Source: the human T2T-CHM13v2.0 reference genome, Homo sapiens
Assembly (NCBI RefSeq): GCF_009914755.1
Contig: NC_060926.1
DNA length: 64,000 nucleotides
Direction: 5' to 3' (one strand)
How positions within the stretch are numbered: position 1 is the stretch's first letter; each line of letters begins with the position of its first letter. Positions 30,703 through 45,736 of the stretch are shown one piece after another. A program made the position numbers and the translations under genes. The notes under the pieces are model-generated. The model searched no databases and was not told the origin of the DNA. It saw nothing but the letters and a program-made list of their open reading frames with translations.

Positions 30703-31749
30703 CTGTGGGGGAGGAACATTCAAGGTCAAGCCCGAGCCCACTGCAGAGGAAGCGAAAGGGAGGGGCCAGCGCAGGCCCTGCCAAGTGGGTCCTCAAAGCT
30801 GGAGGCTGGGCAAGGGGCGGGGCCCGCTCTGCTGGACACATTCTCAGGCTGCCCAGGCCTCTCCCTGCCCAGACCCCAGGCCGCCACCCCAGAGGCCTCC
30901 TCTAGGCCACAGTCAGGGACTTGCTAGCATGTCCTTCAGGTTCCTCCCTCTTCCATCCCTGCTGCCCCTGGGCCACCCAGCTGGACACCGGCCAGGAGTG
31001 CTGATGTCACCAGCAAGTGTGTCCTCCCTCCACTCTGTCTGAAGGACTCATCTGAGTCCATGGCCCCTCCTCGAACACCATCAGCGACTCCTGACCCAAG
31101 GGAAAAGGCCCCACAGCTAAATGTGGCCCTCCAGGCCCCTATGGCCTCTGCCACGCTTACCTCCCTGCCAGCTTAAATCTCCCCTTCACCCAGAGTTCAC
31201 CCGCCCTCTCCCCCATCAAACTCCCTATGGTCCTGCAGAAGCCAGCTCACAAGCTTTCCTCTAACGGCCTGTTCTCCCATCCCTCCCCTCAGAATGAAGC
31301 ATCCTCCATGCTCTTGCTGCCTCTTTGGCTCTTTAAAATATGGACTCCATCCACATAATGCCTGCCAGGAATTGCTTCTGACAGACACTCTGTGACTGAC
31401 TTAATGATCCCACTAACTGTGGGTTTCAGTGACTTCCAATGTCTACTGGTTCATGTATGCATTGGCTTATGAAGCATTTCCAGAGCACCTGCTGGGCCGG
31501 CAGATGAGGCCTCTGACCCTGCAGCCTGCACCCCAGGACATGCACGCAGATGCCACCTCAAGGGCTGGGAGCACACACAGACATCATTGTTCTTGAAGAC
31601 AACCCCAGGAGAAGCTCCACCAGCTCACAAGGCACATAAAATTTGAAAGCTCTTGAGACTCCCGGTCAAAGGGGGTCCAGAATACTGCACTGGCTTCTCT
31701 GCGAGCAGGGTTTCAGGGTGTCCATCTCGCAGCTCAGCAGCATAACTGA

Positions 31750-32119
<370 letters not shown>

Positions 32120-33285
32120 TCTAGTTTGGTTTTTGATTATTTAATTCCTGAGGGTGAATTCTCTGCTATGTGTCACATTCCTTGCTTCCACATAAATGTC
32201 CTCCAGCCATTCAGCCACTTCAGCAAGCAGCCCAGCAGCCCCCTGGGTTTCCTGCTCCCTCACCGCCTCCCTGTCCAGTCGTGCTCCGCCATCTCCCAGG
32301 ACCACCCCGCTCTCCCGTCTAGGCCCCCCAGCCTCCACCATCCCAAGCCTGGAACGCTGACCTTCCATCCTGACTTGCCGCACCAGGCCACCTGCTCCCG
32401 ACCTATCCGTCACCAGCGCACATGGCCTGAGGACGCACCCTTGGCTAAAGCAGACACTGTGAGCCCCGCTGAACACCCGCCCGCTGCTGCCACTAAAGCT
32501 CCCCCAGGCAGCTCCTGACAAGCCGGGAGGGACCTCGGATCCTCAGACGGGCCCGGCTCCTGCCGGCCTCGCCTCCCTGCTCTGGGCCTGGCTCCTCAAC
32601 CAGTTCCTCGAAAACCCTCTCGCGCGGCTCCTTCAAAAGTCTCTGTCACTGTCCCTCGCAGGGTCCCTCGCACTTTCCCTCCCAGTCCCTCACACAGACA
32701 GTCACGCGGTTCCCACGCGGTGCTTCCACATGTCAGTCCCGCACGCTCAAGCACTCAGTCCCTCAAGGAGCTCTCGCCGTTCCCCGCACGGTTCCCACGC
32801 GGCTGCTCGCAGCTCACCACACAGTTCCTCAGCTCCTCCCGCTCCCCACGCACTTCCTCGCGTTTCTCCACACGGTTCTTCACGCAGCTCCTCCTGCTTC
32901 CCCCTTTATTCCTCCATTCAGGAAAACGGCAGTCACTCGAATGCGGACCCCACCCGCGGGATGGCTGCCGGTCACACCATTCATCAAGTTTCCCCACAAG
33001 TTCCACACGCAATTCTGTCACAGTTCTCTGTGGAGTTCTTTACACAGTTCCACGCGATCCTCACCTAGGTCTCTACATAGGGCCTCGTTACACAGGCGTT
33101 CCTCACCATTCTCCACACGCCAGTCCCCACCGTCCCTGACACACTCGCTCTCACGGTTCCTCACAGCTCCAGAGAAACTTGCCCACGTTCCTCCAACATT
33201 TCCTAACACGGCTCCCCACGGGAGGCCTCACACGATCCTCCATTTCTCAGAGCTCTCAGCAGGCGCTCGCAGCTCCCGCACAGCG

Positions 33286-33318
<33 letters not shown>

Positions 33319-33779
33319 CTTCTCAGTGTCCCACGGGCCTCACAGCAGCCACGCAGCTCCCGAAAACCCCTTCAGCTCGGCCCCCGTCCCCACACAGCTC
33401 CCCACCCCCTTCCACACACTTCCTCCCGGTTCCCACAGCTCCACGCGGCGCCCAGCAGGTCCCCGCAGCTTCCCATCCAGCTCCTCACACTCCCCGACAA
33501 CCCCTCGCACACGTCTCTGCAGCTTTCCTCACGATTCTGCGCACCGTTCCACACACGGTTCCTCACCGCTCCCCACGTTTCCCAAACAGCTCCTCCCGCC
33601 ATGGCTCACACACTTCCTCACACGTTCCTCACACAACCCTTCACGCCATCCCCAATGCGGGTGCACACACACTTTCCACACACTTCCTCAGGCCATTCGC
33701 CCGTGTGCACCCCGTTCCTACACACAGCGCTCCACACGGCTCCTCACGGGTCCCCAACAGCACCTCCATGTTCCCACCC

Positions 33780-34545
33780 AGTTCCACACAGTTCCACACT
33801 CAGTTCCACACTCAGTCCCTCACTCAGTTCCACACTCAGTTCCTCACAGTTCCACACTCAGTTCCTCACTCACTTCCTCACTCAGTTCCTCATAGTTCCA
33901 CACTCAGTTCCTCACAGTTCCACACAGTTCCACACTCAGTTCCACACTCAGTCCCTCACTCAGTTCCACACTCAGTTCCTCACAGTTCCACACTCAGTTC
34001 CACACTCAGTCCCTCACTCAGTTCCACACTCAGTTCCTCACTCACTTCCTCACTCAGTTCCTCATAGTTCCACACTCAGTTCCTCACTCACTTCCTCACT
34101 CAGTTCCTCATAGTTCCACACTCAGTTCCTCACTCAGTTCCTCACTCAGTTCCTCATAGTTCCACACTCAGTTCCTCATCGTTCCACACTCAGGTCCTCA
34201 CTCACTTCCTCACTCAGCTCCTCATAGTTCCACACTCAGTTCCTCACTCAGTTCCTCACTCAGTTCCACACTCAGTTCCACACTCAGTTCCTCACAGTTC
34301 CACACTCAGTTCCTCATAGTTCCACTCAGTTCCTCACTCAGTTCCTCAGTTCCTCACTCAGTTCCACACTCAGTTCCTCACAGTTCCTCACTCAGTTCCA
34401 CACTCAGTTCCTCACTCACTTCCTCACAGTTCCACACTCAGTTCCTCACAGTTCCACACTCACTTCCTCACTCAGTTCCTCACAGTTCCTCACTCAGTTC
34501 CTCACAGTTCCACACTCAGTTCCTCATAGTTCCCCACAGTTCCCA
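33780..34545. repeat. Minisatellite of 10-12-bp units (CACTCAGTTCC[A/T])
   Basis: Directly visible tandem array with unit variants. Confidence 0.95.
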
Positions 34546-35531
34546 CACTTCCCCACACTGGCTGACACGCTTCCTCGCATGGTTCTGCGGCTCCTCACGC
34601 AGCCGCATGCACTGCCTCCCAGTTGTTGTTTCCCACGTGGCTCCACACGCAGGCTGTCCCATGTTTCCCCCCAGGCCTCCCCACGCCCCACGGTGCTTCC
34701 GTTTTCAAACAGCTCTCCACAGCATTCCACACAGGTCCACACAGCCCCGTTGCACCCACTTTCACAGTTTCACAGTTCCACAAACAGTTTCTCAAGCAGA
34801 TCCTCTCACAGTGCCTCAGACGGGGGCTCACGTGGCTCCTCTCAGGCCCCCGCGAGTTCCTCCGAGTTCCCGCACGCTTCCCCACAGTGTCCTCCACATT
34901 TCCACAGATCCCCCGAGTCCCTGACGCAGCGTTCACACGGTTCCTCATGCCTTTCCCAGCAGCCACCCGCCTGGCCCCCCGCAGTTTCTCCCAGCCCAGC
35001 ACCGCTCCCCGAGCAGCTGCATGGCTCCTCGGCGTCCCTCACACGATTCCCACGCGGCCCCACACCCCTCCACACACTTCCGCTCCCATTTCCACAGGTC
35101 CTCAGAGTACGCGGAGCTCCAGCTCCACAGAGCCCCCATGTGGTTCCCCACACGAGCGCACACTTTCCCCAAGCGATTCCCCACACACTTCCCGCCTGCT
35201 TCCCCGCCTTCTCCACACAGTCACATTCAGTTTCTCACAAATCCTCCCACAGTTCCCCACGCAATTCCTCACACGGTTTCTCACATACTTTCCCGTAGCT
35301 GCACAGAGAGCTCTGCACGGTTCCCTCACATGATTCCACATAGCTCCCCACCCTGTGGCACACACGTCCTGTCCCGGCACCACGCACAGCTCATGTTCCC
35401 ACGCAGCTACCCTCAGGCCCCCAGAGTTCCTCGGGTTCCCCCCACGGTTCCTGAGGCATTTATTCCTCTGGTCCTCACACAGGTTCTTCCGGCTTCTGAC
35501 AGAGTTGGACACACAGTTCTCTGCAGGCTCC

Positions 35532-36822
35532 CCACACAGCTCCACACACACACACACACACACACAGCTCCACACACACACACACACACACACACACAGC
35601 TCCACACACACACACAGCTCCACACACACACACACAGCTCCACACACACACAGCTCCACACACACACACACAGCTCCACACACACACACAGCTCCACACA
35701 CACACACACACACACAGCGCCACACACACACAGCTCCACACACACACACACAGCTCCACACACACACAGCTCCACACACACACACACAGCTCCACACACA
35801 CACACACACAGCTCCACACACACACACACAGCTCCACACACACACAGCTCCACACACACACACACAGCTCCACACACACACACACAGCTCCACACACACA
35901 CAGCTCCACACACACACACACAGCTCCACACACACACACAGCTCCACACACACACACACAGCTCCACACACACACACACACACACACACACAGCTCCACA
36001 CACACACACACACACACACAGCTCCACACACACACACAGCTCCACACACACACACACAGCTCCACACACACACAGCTCCACACACACACACACAGCTCCA
36101 CACACACACACAGCTCCACACACACACACACACACACAGCGCCACACACACACAGCTCCACACACACACACACAGCTCCACACACACACAGCTCCACACA
36201 CACACACACAGCTCCACACACACACACACACAGCTCCACACACACACACACAGCTCCACACACACACAGCTCCACACACACACACACAGCTCCACACACA
36301 CACACACAGCTCCACACACACACAGCTCCACACACACACACACAGCTCCACACACACACACAGCTCCACACACACACACACAGCTCCACACACACACAGC
36401 TCCACACACACACACACAGCTCCACACACACACACAGCTCCACACACACACACACAGCTCCACACACACACACACACACACACAGCTCCACACACACACA
36501 GCTCCACACACACACACACAGCTCCACACACACACACAGCTCCACACACACACACACAGCTCCACACACACACACACACAGCTCCACACACACACACAGC
36601 TCCACACACACACACACAGCTCCACACACACACACACAGCTCCACACACACACACAGCTCCACACACACACAGCTCCACACACACACACACAGCTCCACA
36701 CACACACACAGCTCCACACACACACACACAGCTCCACACACACACACACACACAGCTCCACACACACACACACACACACACACACAGCTCCACACACAGC
36801 TCCACACACACACACACAGCTC
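35532..36822. repeat. Interrupted (CA)n-GCTC tandem array, ~1.3 kb
   Basis: Runs of CA separated by GCTC (rarely GCGC). Confidence 0.98.
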
Positions 36823-37249
36823 CTCACAGTCCCGCACAATCTGGACAGCGGATCGTTCTCCGCTTCCTCCCCACGCCGCCCACGCCATTCCCCAGCGTTC
36901 TCTGACAGTTCCACGCGGTTATCACCGCTCCTCACAGTTCACTCCGCTCCACACACAATTCCCCACGCAGGTCCTCCGTCTCCCGCAGTCCCACGCAGTG
37001 TCCTGTGCCGTTTCCCACACGCTTCCTCTCCCGTTCCCACACAGTTCCCCACACAGTTCCCCACAGGGGCCCTCAGCTTCCTCGCCTGGCTCCCACTCGG
37101 GTTCGCCACACCGTTCTCCACAGTTCCCCACTCAGTCCACACGCCTTCTCCCAGTTCTTCCTGCAGCCCCACGTGTTCTTAGTCTCTTGGAACTCCTCAC
37201 ACGGGCCGCACAGCTCTTCACAATTCACACAGTTCTCTGTCCCCACACA

Positions 37250-38000
37250 GCCACCGCCGAGTTCCCTGTGCGTTTCCCAGTGAGCACCTCGCGGATCCCC
37301 GTGGTGGCGCCCGCCCTGTCTCACGCATTCCCACGCTGGCTCACTCCGTTCCTGCCGGTCCCTCGAACGCTTTCACGGCTGCCCACGCGGTTCCTCACAC
37401 AGTCCCCAGCGTCGCCCCAGGCAGCTTCACACGTGGCGCGCTCCGCGGCACCTCCGACTCCACACGCGCCCGCCTCCCCCTGTGGCCCCGTCACGCCTAC
37501 GGCTGCTCAGAGTCCAGCACGCCTGTCACCCGCTTCCTCTCAGGGCTCCCCAGCCCTCTCCATGTCCGAGGGGCTCCTCCGCGCCCCTTTCAGCTCCTCC
37601 CAGGGCCCCCACGCCCCCCGGGCCACACTTTCCCACCTCGGTGTCTCCCAGCAGCCCCCGCCCCAGGCCCTGCCGTGAGGCCGCCCCGGACGCCCTCCGT
37701 CCCCGCAGGCACAGGCACCGCACGGGGCCTCCCACACCCGCTTTCTTCCTTCCCGGGATCCACCCCCACGTCCCCCATCTCCCAGCGCACTCACTGCCCG
37801 CCCCGCCCCTCACCACAGGGCGCCAATGCAGGGCAGACACCGCCACCAGCCTCCCGCACCTGCCCCGGGGCTGAAGGAAGCCGCTTACCTTGTTGGGTCC
37901 GGAGTCCTGAAAAGGAAAAGACAGAGAGAGGCTGAGGCCCGGAGCGAAGCTGGCGCGGGCTGTGGGGGCGGAAGAGCAGGCGGCCCGGCTGCCTCGCCCT
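37250..38000. promoter_or_regulatory. Intragenic CpG-rich segment (possible CpG island) over microexon 10
   Basis: Visibly dense CG dinucleotides and GC boxes (GGGGCGG); CpG obs/exp not computed. Confidence 0.55.
37889..37906 (-). CDS. KIF1A: KIF1A 18-nt microexon 10 (DSGPNK, start of loop 12/K-loop)
   Basis: cttttcag|GAC acceptor, AAG|gtaagc donor; required to join ALAEM to NKKKKK as in known KIF1A. Confidence 0.95.
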
Positions 38001-38318
38001 GGCCATGACTCAGGCTCTACCACCCCGTGGTCTCCTAGACAGCAGCTCCCCCAGGCAGGGTCCCTCCAGGGCCGCCCTTCCCGGGCCCAGGCCTGGGCTG
38101 CCTGCTGCACGGGGCCAACTGTGGCCATAGCCCCACTTTACAGGCGGGGAAACTGAGGGTCCCGGGAGAAACCAGGGCCCCTACCCCTTCTCCAGCATGT
38201 GACACTCTGGCCATCTCCGGGCTCTCCCTTGAACCTGGCCACCTCCCAGACACAGGGCCCGGAAACGAGGGTGACAGGGGCAGGATGGGGCGCCAAAGAC
38301 CCTCTGGGGTTCTGGCTA

Positions 38319-38612
<294 letters not shown>

Positions 38613-38935
38613 TCAGCCCCATGCAAACCCTGATATCATCCCGTGTCCCCCTGAAATGCTTCCGGGTCCCCTGCCCAAGCATCTAGTGCTGAGGCCAGCA
38701 GGGGTCGAGGAAACACACTCCTTCCCGACCCCGGCACTGCTTCCCGGGTGGTGCCCCAATCTCCCCAGGGAAGACCTGGCCTCTGGGCGCAAGGTCCTTG
38801 GGGCCCGAAAGAGGACACCGTCCCGCCAAACCCCTGACCTGTGTGCCCAGCGCTGGTGCCCCGGGCATGGCCCTCGGCTGCTGGCAGCCCAAGACCCCAG
38901 CCTATGCCCACCCTCCCTATGCAGGCTCACCCTCA

Positions 38936-39406
<471 letters not shown>

Positions 39407-40163
39407 CTATGGCATCCACGAGGTGCGACTGTCACTGTCCCCACTTCCATAGATGGTGCTCAGTGTCCGTGGTTGGATTAGAACCCAGCTCCAGGAGGCC
39501 CTGGCCCTGCTCAGCCACCACACGGGCCATGGCTGCACCTAGCGAGGTGGGCACCGGCCAGGCTCCCAACAGGGGCACCCGCAGTCTGGGGTGGGAGGCC
39601 CTGCACCGGGAGGCCTGGCCCCTCCTGAGCCATAGCTACAGGGCAGGACTTGCCCACGGACACCACAGGACCCTCTCGGTGCCCACCAGTGAGGGCAGCG
39701 GGGCAGGCAGCCGCGCCGACCTCGTCCAGCTTCACCCTCGTCTGTCCCCCAACCCACCTCAGCCATCCTGAGCCCCCGCTCACTGTTTCATGGAGTCCCG
39801 GTCAGGAGGATGTGCCTGGCGGACCTCCAGCACCATCAGGGACTGAGCAGCCCTCACTCCACCCAGCCCCTTTGCGTTCCCCACACGGCTGCCTGAGCGA
39901 GCCCCCAACCAGGTGGTGGCTGAGGTGCCCCTGGGCCTGGACAGCTGGGGCATGAGGGCAGGGGACAGAGTAAGAGATGGTCAGGGAGAGGCTGGGTGCC
40001 CTCCTGCTGCCCCTCCCGTAAGCCTGGACTGGCTGTCCAGGCAAAAGCCCCAGAAGATGGCCCCCTGGCCTGGTCCATGGAGAATGCCAAGGCATGGGAG
40101 AAGGGCCTCTGGGGCGGGGGGGGGACGTCCACACCTGGTGCCAGTGTAAGTGTGAGGACACTA

Positions 40164-40625
<462 letters not shown>

Positions 40626-41502
40626 TCAGGGCAGCAGTGACTGCGAAAGCTTCCCACTCCTGGGCACAGAGAAGCCCATGCAGTGCCCAGCTGGGCAGGA
40701 GCCCTCCAGGGCCATGATATGGGAGGGGAAGGGGGAAAGGGCTGTCCACTGTCCACCCTACCACGGCCCACACCCGCGGCTCTGGGAAGCCCAAGGAGCC
40801 CGCCACACCCCTCAGGAGATGGCATGGGTCTCGGCAGGGTCCTCCAGAACAGGAAGCCCAAGGCTGCTGAGGGTGGCCTGGAGTTGGTCCTGATGCCACC
40901 CTGACCTGCCAGGGACCTCAGGGAAGGTTCCCAAGACTCAGCACATGGGATGTGGCAGCCCAGGGCCCACCTCCAGCACGGAGTCACAATGACGGCCAGG
41001 GTGCGCTGTGGGCCTCATCAGGAACAGCACCCCCACCCACCAGCCCTTGTGGGGCCACCAAAGGGGTGCAGGATGGCGCAGAGTGTGACTCACGACCTCA
41101 GGAGCTGAGAGTGACAAGGGCCATCACCTCACCCTCAGGAAGTCCCGGGTGGCAGAGGGAGTCTGTTGCCATGACAACCAGGGCATCCCAGGCAGGAGGC
41201 CCAGGGCAGCAGAGGCCAAGGAGCCAGGTTGCTTATGGCTGCAGCACTGCAGCCGACCCTCCCCACATGCCCCCTGACCCCAGCACACTGGCCCCCACAC
41301 AGAATGTGGACCCCTGGGACTAGCAGAGCAGCTGCCCCATCGAAGCAGCAGCCACAGATGCTGCCAGCACCCCCCGGGCACCTCAGCCGGAGGACGCAGA
41401 CCCCCATGAAGGAGAAGCCCCATGGAGGTGACAGTGTCCCCTGCACAGGGGGAGCCCTCGGCCTCTCTCGGGCTGGCACAGGCCTAAACGACCTCGGGCT
41501 CA

Positions 41503-41832
<330 letters not shown>

Positions 41833-41870
41833 TCAGGGGCCCCTGAGGCGAGGGAGTGGGGCTGCCACTG

Positions 41871-43245
41871 GGGGGACCCCTGAGTGAGGGGGTAGGGGTC
41901 AACATAAGGACCCCTGAGTGAGGAGATGGGGGCCGCCATCAGGACCCCTGAGTGAGGGGGTGGGGGCCACCACCAGGACCCCTGAGGGGATGGGAGCCAG
42001 CATCAGGACCCCTGAGTAAAGGGGTGGGGGCTGCCTGCTGGGCCCCTGAGTGAGGGGTGGGGGCCGCCATCAGGACCCCTGAGTGAGAGGGTAGGGGCCA
42101 CCATCAGGAACCCTGAGTGAGAGGGTGGGGGCCACCATCAGGACCCCTGAGTGAGGGGGTGGGGGCTGCCTGCTGGGCCCCTGAGTGAGAGGGTAGGGGC
42201 CACCATCAGGAACCCTGAGTGAGAGGGTAGGGGCTGCCATCAGGACCCCTGAGAGAGAGGGTAGGGGCCACCATCAGGACCCCTGAGTGAGAGGGTAGGG
42301 GCCACCACCAGGACCCCTGAGGGGATGGGAGCCAGCATCAGGACCCCTGAGTGAGAGGGTGGGGGCCACCATCAGGACCCCTGAGTGAGGGGGTGGGGGC
42401 TGCCTGCTGGGCCCCTGAGTGAGAGGGTAGGGGCCACCATCAGGAACCCTGAGTGAGAGGGTAGGGGCTGCCATCAGGACCCCTGAGAGAGAGGGTAGGG
42501 GCCACCATCAGGACCCCTGAGTGAGAGGGTAGGGGCCACCACCAGGACCCCTGAGGGGATGGGAGCCAGCATCAGGACCCCTGAGTGAGAGGGTGGGGGC
42601 CACCATCAGGACCCCTGAGTGAGGGGGTGGGGGCTGCCTGCTGGGCCCCTGAGTGAGAGGGTAGGGGCCACCATCAGGAACCCTGAGTGAGAGGGTAGGG
42701 GCTGCCATCAGGACCCCTGAGAGAGAGGGTAGGGGCCACCATCAGGACCCCTGAGTGAGAGGGTAGGGGCCACCACCAGGACCCCTGAGGGGATGGGAGC
42801 CAGCATCAGGACCCCTGAGTGAGAGGGTGGGGGCCACCATCAGGACCCCTGAGTGAGGGGGTGGGGGCTGCCTGCTGGGCCCCTGAGTGAGAGGGTAGGG
42901 GCCACCATCAGGAACCCTGAGTGAGAGGGTAGGGGCTGCCATCAGGACCCCTGAGAGAGAGGGTAGGGGCCACCATCAGGACCCCTGAGTGAGAGGGTAG
43001 GGGCCACCACCAGGACCCCTGAGGGGATGGGAGCCAGCATCAGGACCCCTGAGTGAGGGGGTGGGGGCTGCCTGCTGGGCCCCTGAGTGAGGGGTGGGGG
43101 CCGCCATCAGGACCCCTGAGTGAGAGGGTGGGGGCCAGTATCAGGACCCCTGAGTGAGGGGGTGGGGGCTGCCTGCTGGACCCCTGAGTGAGGGGGTGGG
43201 GGCTGCCATCAGGACCCCTGAGTGAGGGGGTGGGTGCTGCCTGCT
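41871..43245. repeat. G-rich VNTR, ~34-bp unit, with 234-bp higher-order repeat
   Basis: Unit caggacccctgagtgagagggtaggggccaccat; identical ORFs at 42274/42508/42742 are spaced 234 bp apart. Confidence 0.97.
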
Positions 43246-43460
43246 GAGCAGAGGGCTCCCAGTCTGCAGCCCCTGTGTGTATGTTCGAGGCAGGGGTGTC
43301 AATGTGGCCTCCCTCACCACGGCCATCCTGGGCTCTAGGACACACACATGCCAGGGCCACCCCAGCCACGGCAGGCATGGCCAGGCCCTGAGCTCTGAGG
43401 CACCTGCCCATGCCCTGGCACAGAGCAGCTGCTGGAGAAGCACCTGCCAGGTGGGGATCA

Positions 43461-43823
<363 letters not shown>

Positions 43824-44278
43824 TCAGGCCCCTCTTGCACCCTCACCACACACGTCATGGTAAAGGCACTGAGAAAGTCTGTAGCCAAGGAGCCAGTGTC
43901 TCCCTCTTAACTCAGGGGTCCCTGGCTGGTGTGGGTCATCTGCCCCTCCCCCTGGCTCTGCCATCCTACAGACATCCCAGCCATCTCCCTTCCCTCAGCA
44001 GGCAAAGTACTAGTGACCAACTCACGTCCAGAGACCTGCCCAGGGGAATGGCTGGGGACTCAGGGTTCCTGCAGCAAATGAGGAGCTGCTGGGTCTGGTG
44101 TTTGGCCACCCCTGTCCTGAGCACCTCTCTCTGCCCACACTGCCAGCCCTCACACCTTCAGAGATCAGCTGCCCCAGCCAGGGCTCTCCCAGCTGCTGTG
44201 TCTTAGGCACATGATCAAGGTGGACCCTGTCCAAGGCCAGGGCCCTTCCTGCACCTGGGGCCTGGGTCTGCAGCTTCA

Positions 44279-44683
<405 letters not shown>

Positions 44684-45472
44684 TCAGCCCATCATGTCTG
44701 CGGAGCCAGGGGATGCCCAGGGCCTCAGGGTGCCAGGGCAGCACAGTGGGGAGGGATGCCTGCCCCCCATCCTACTCCTGCCTTGTGGGGTAGCTTCCTG
44801 GAGGAGAAGCCCTCTGTGTCACAGATGCGGGATGAAGAGCGGCCAGCCAGGCAGGAGGCAGGACGGGTTCCAGCAGAGGGAACAGCATGTGAAAGGCCCA
44901 GAGGTGAGACCTCAAAGCCAAAGTAAGTTCCATGTGACCGTGACAAGCAGGGGTGACAAGAGCTGAGACTGGGGACAGGGTGCAAAGGCCCAGAGACCCC
45001 ACAGGCTGGGCTACAGCGCCTGGACACTGTCCTGAGGACAGTGGGGCACTTTAGGCAGGGGGACAGGGTGATTAGCTGGGGGTCATCCTGGAAGGAGGAA
45101 GGACTGGATGGGGAAGGCAGAAGCGGGGAGCCCTGGGGCTGTTATGGGGGGCAGGTGCTCAGAGATATAGATATGAGGGGCTTAGATGAGGAGGCTGCAT
45201 GCCTTCTTCTAGAAGGGTCCAGGAGGTGGCAGGTGGAAGACAGGGCTCAGTGTGGACTGGATCGGGGAGGAGGGAAGGAGAAGAGTCCAGGGGTCTCCTG
45301 GGCTCCCAGCATGCAGGGCACAGCTTCCAGACAGGCTCAGGGTCAGCTTTGGGCATTCTGACTTTGGGATGTCTGGGGGAAAAGTCACCAGCAGATGGAC
45401 GTACACACAGCTCTGACCCTGGAAACTACCCACACGGAGCTGAAGGCCCCTCAGTTCCTGCAGCCTCCATCA

Positions 45473-45736
<264 letters not shown>

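Noticed and set aside
29965-30927. 320-aa plus-strand ORF antisense to exon 11 (similarly 26890..27822)
   Set aside because: Non-ATG start, no recognisable domain; long ORFs are expected by chance at this GC content.
32941-34113. 390-aa Ser/His/Thr-rich plus-strand ORF
   Set aside because: Low-complexity product of the degenerate repeat and the 12-bp minisatellite.
35021-37678. Very long ORFs (885, 571, 516, 491, 486 aa; His/Thr- or Cys/Val-rich) on both strands
   Set aside because: They are translations of the stop-free (CA)n-GCTC array, with no domain or splice support.
42274-42942. Three identical 66-aa ORFs resembling a gene array or CRISPR-like structure
   Set aside because: They reflect the 234-bp higher-order VNTR; there are no unique spacers, and this is eukaryotic intronic DNA.
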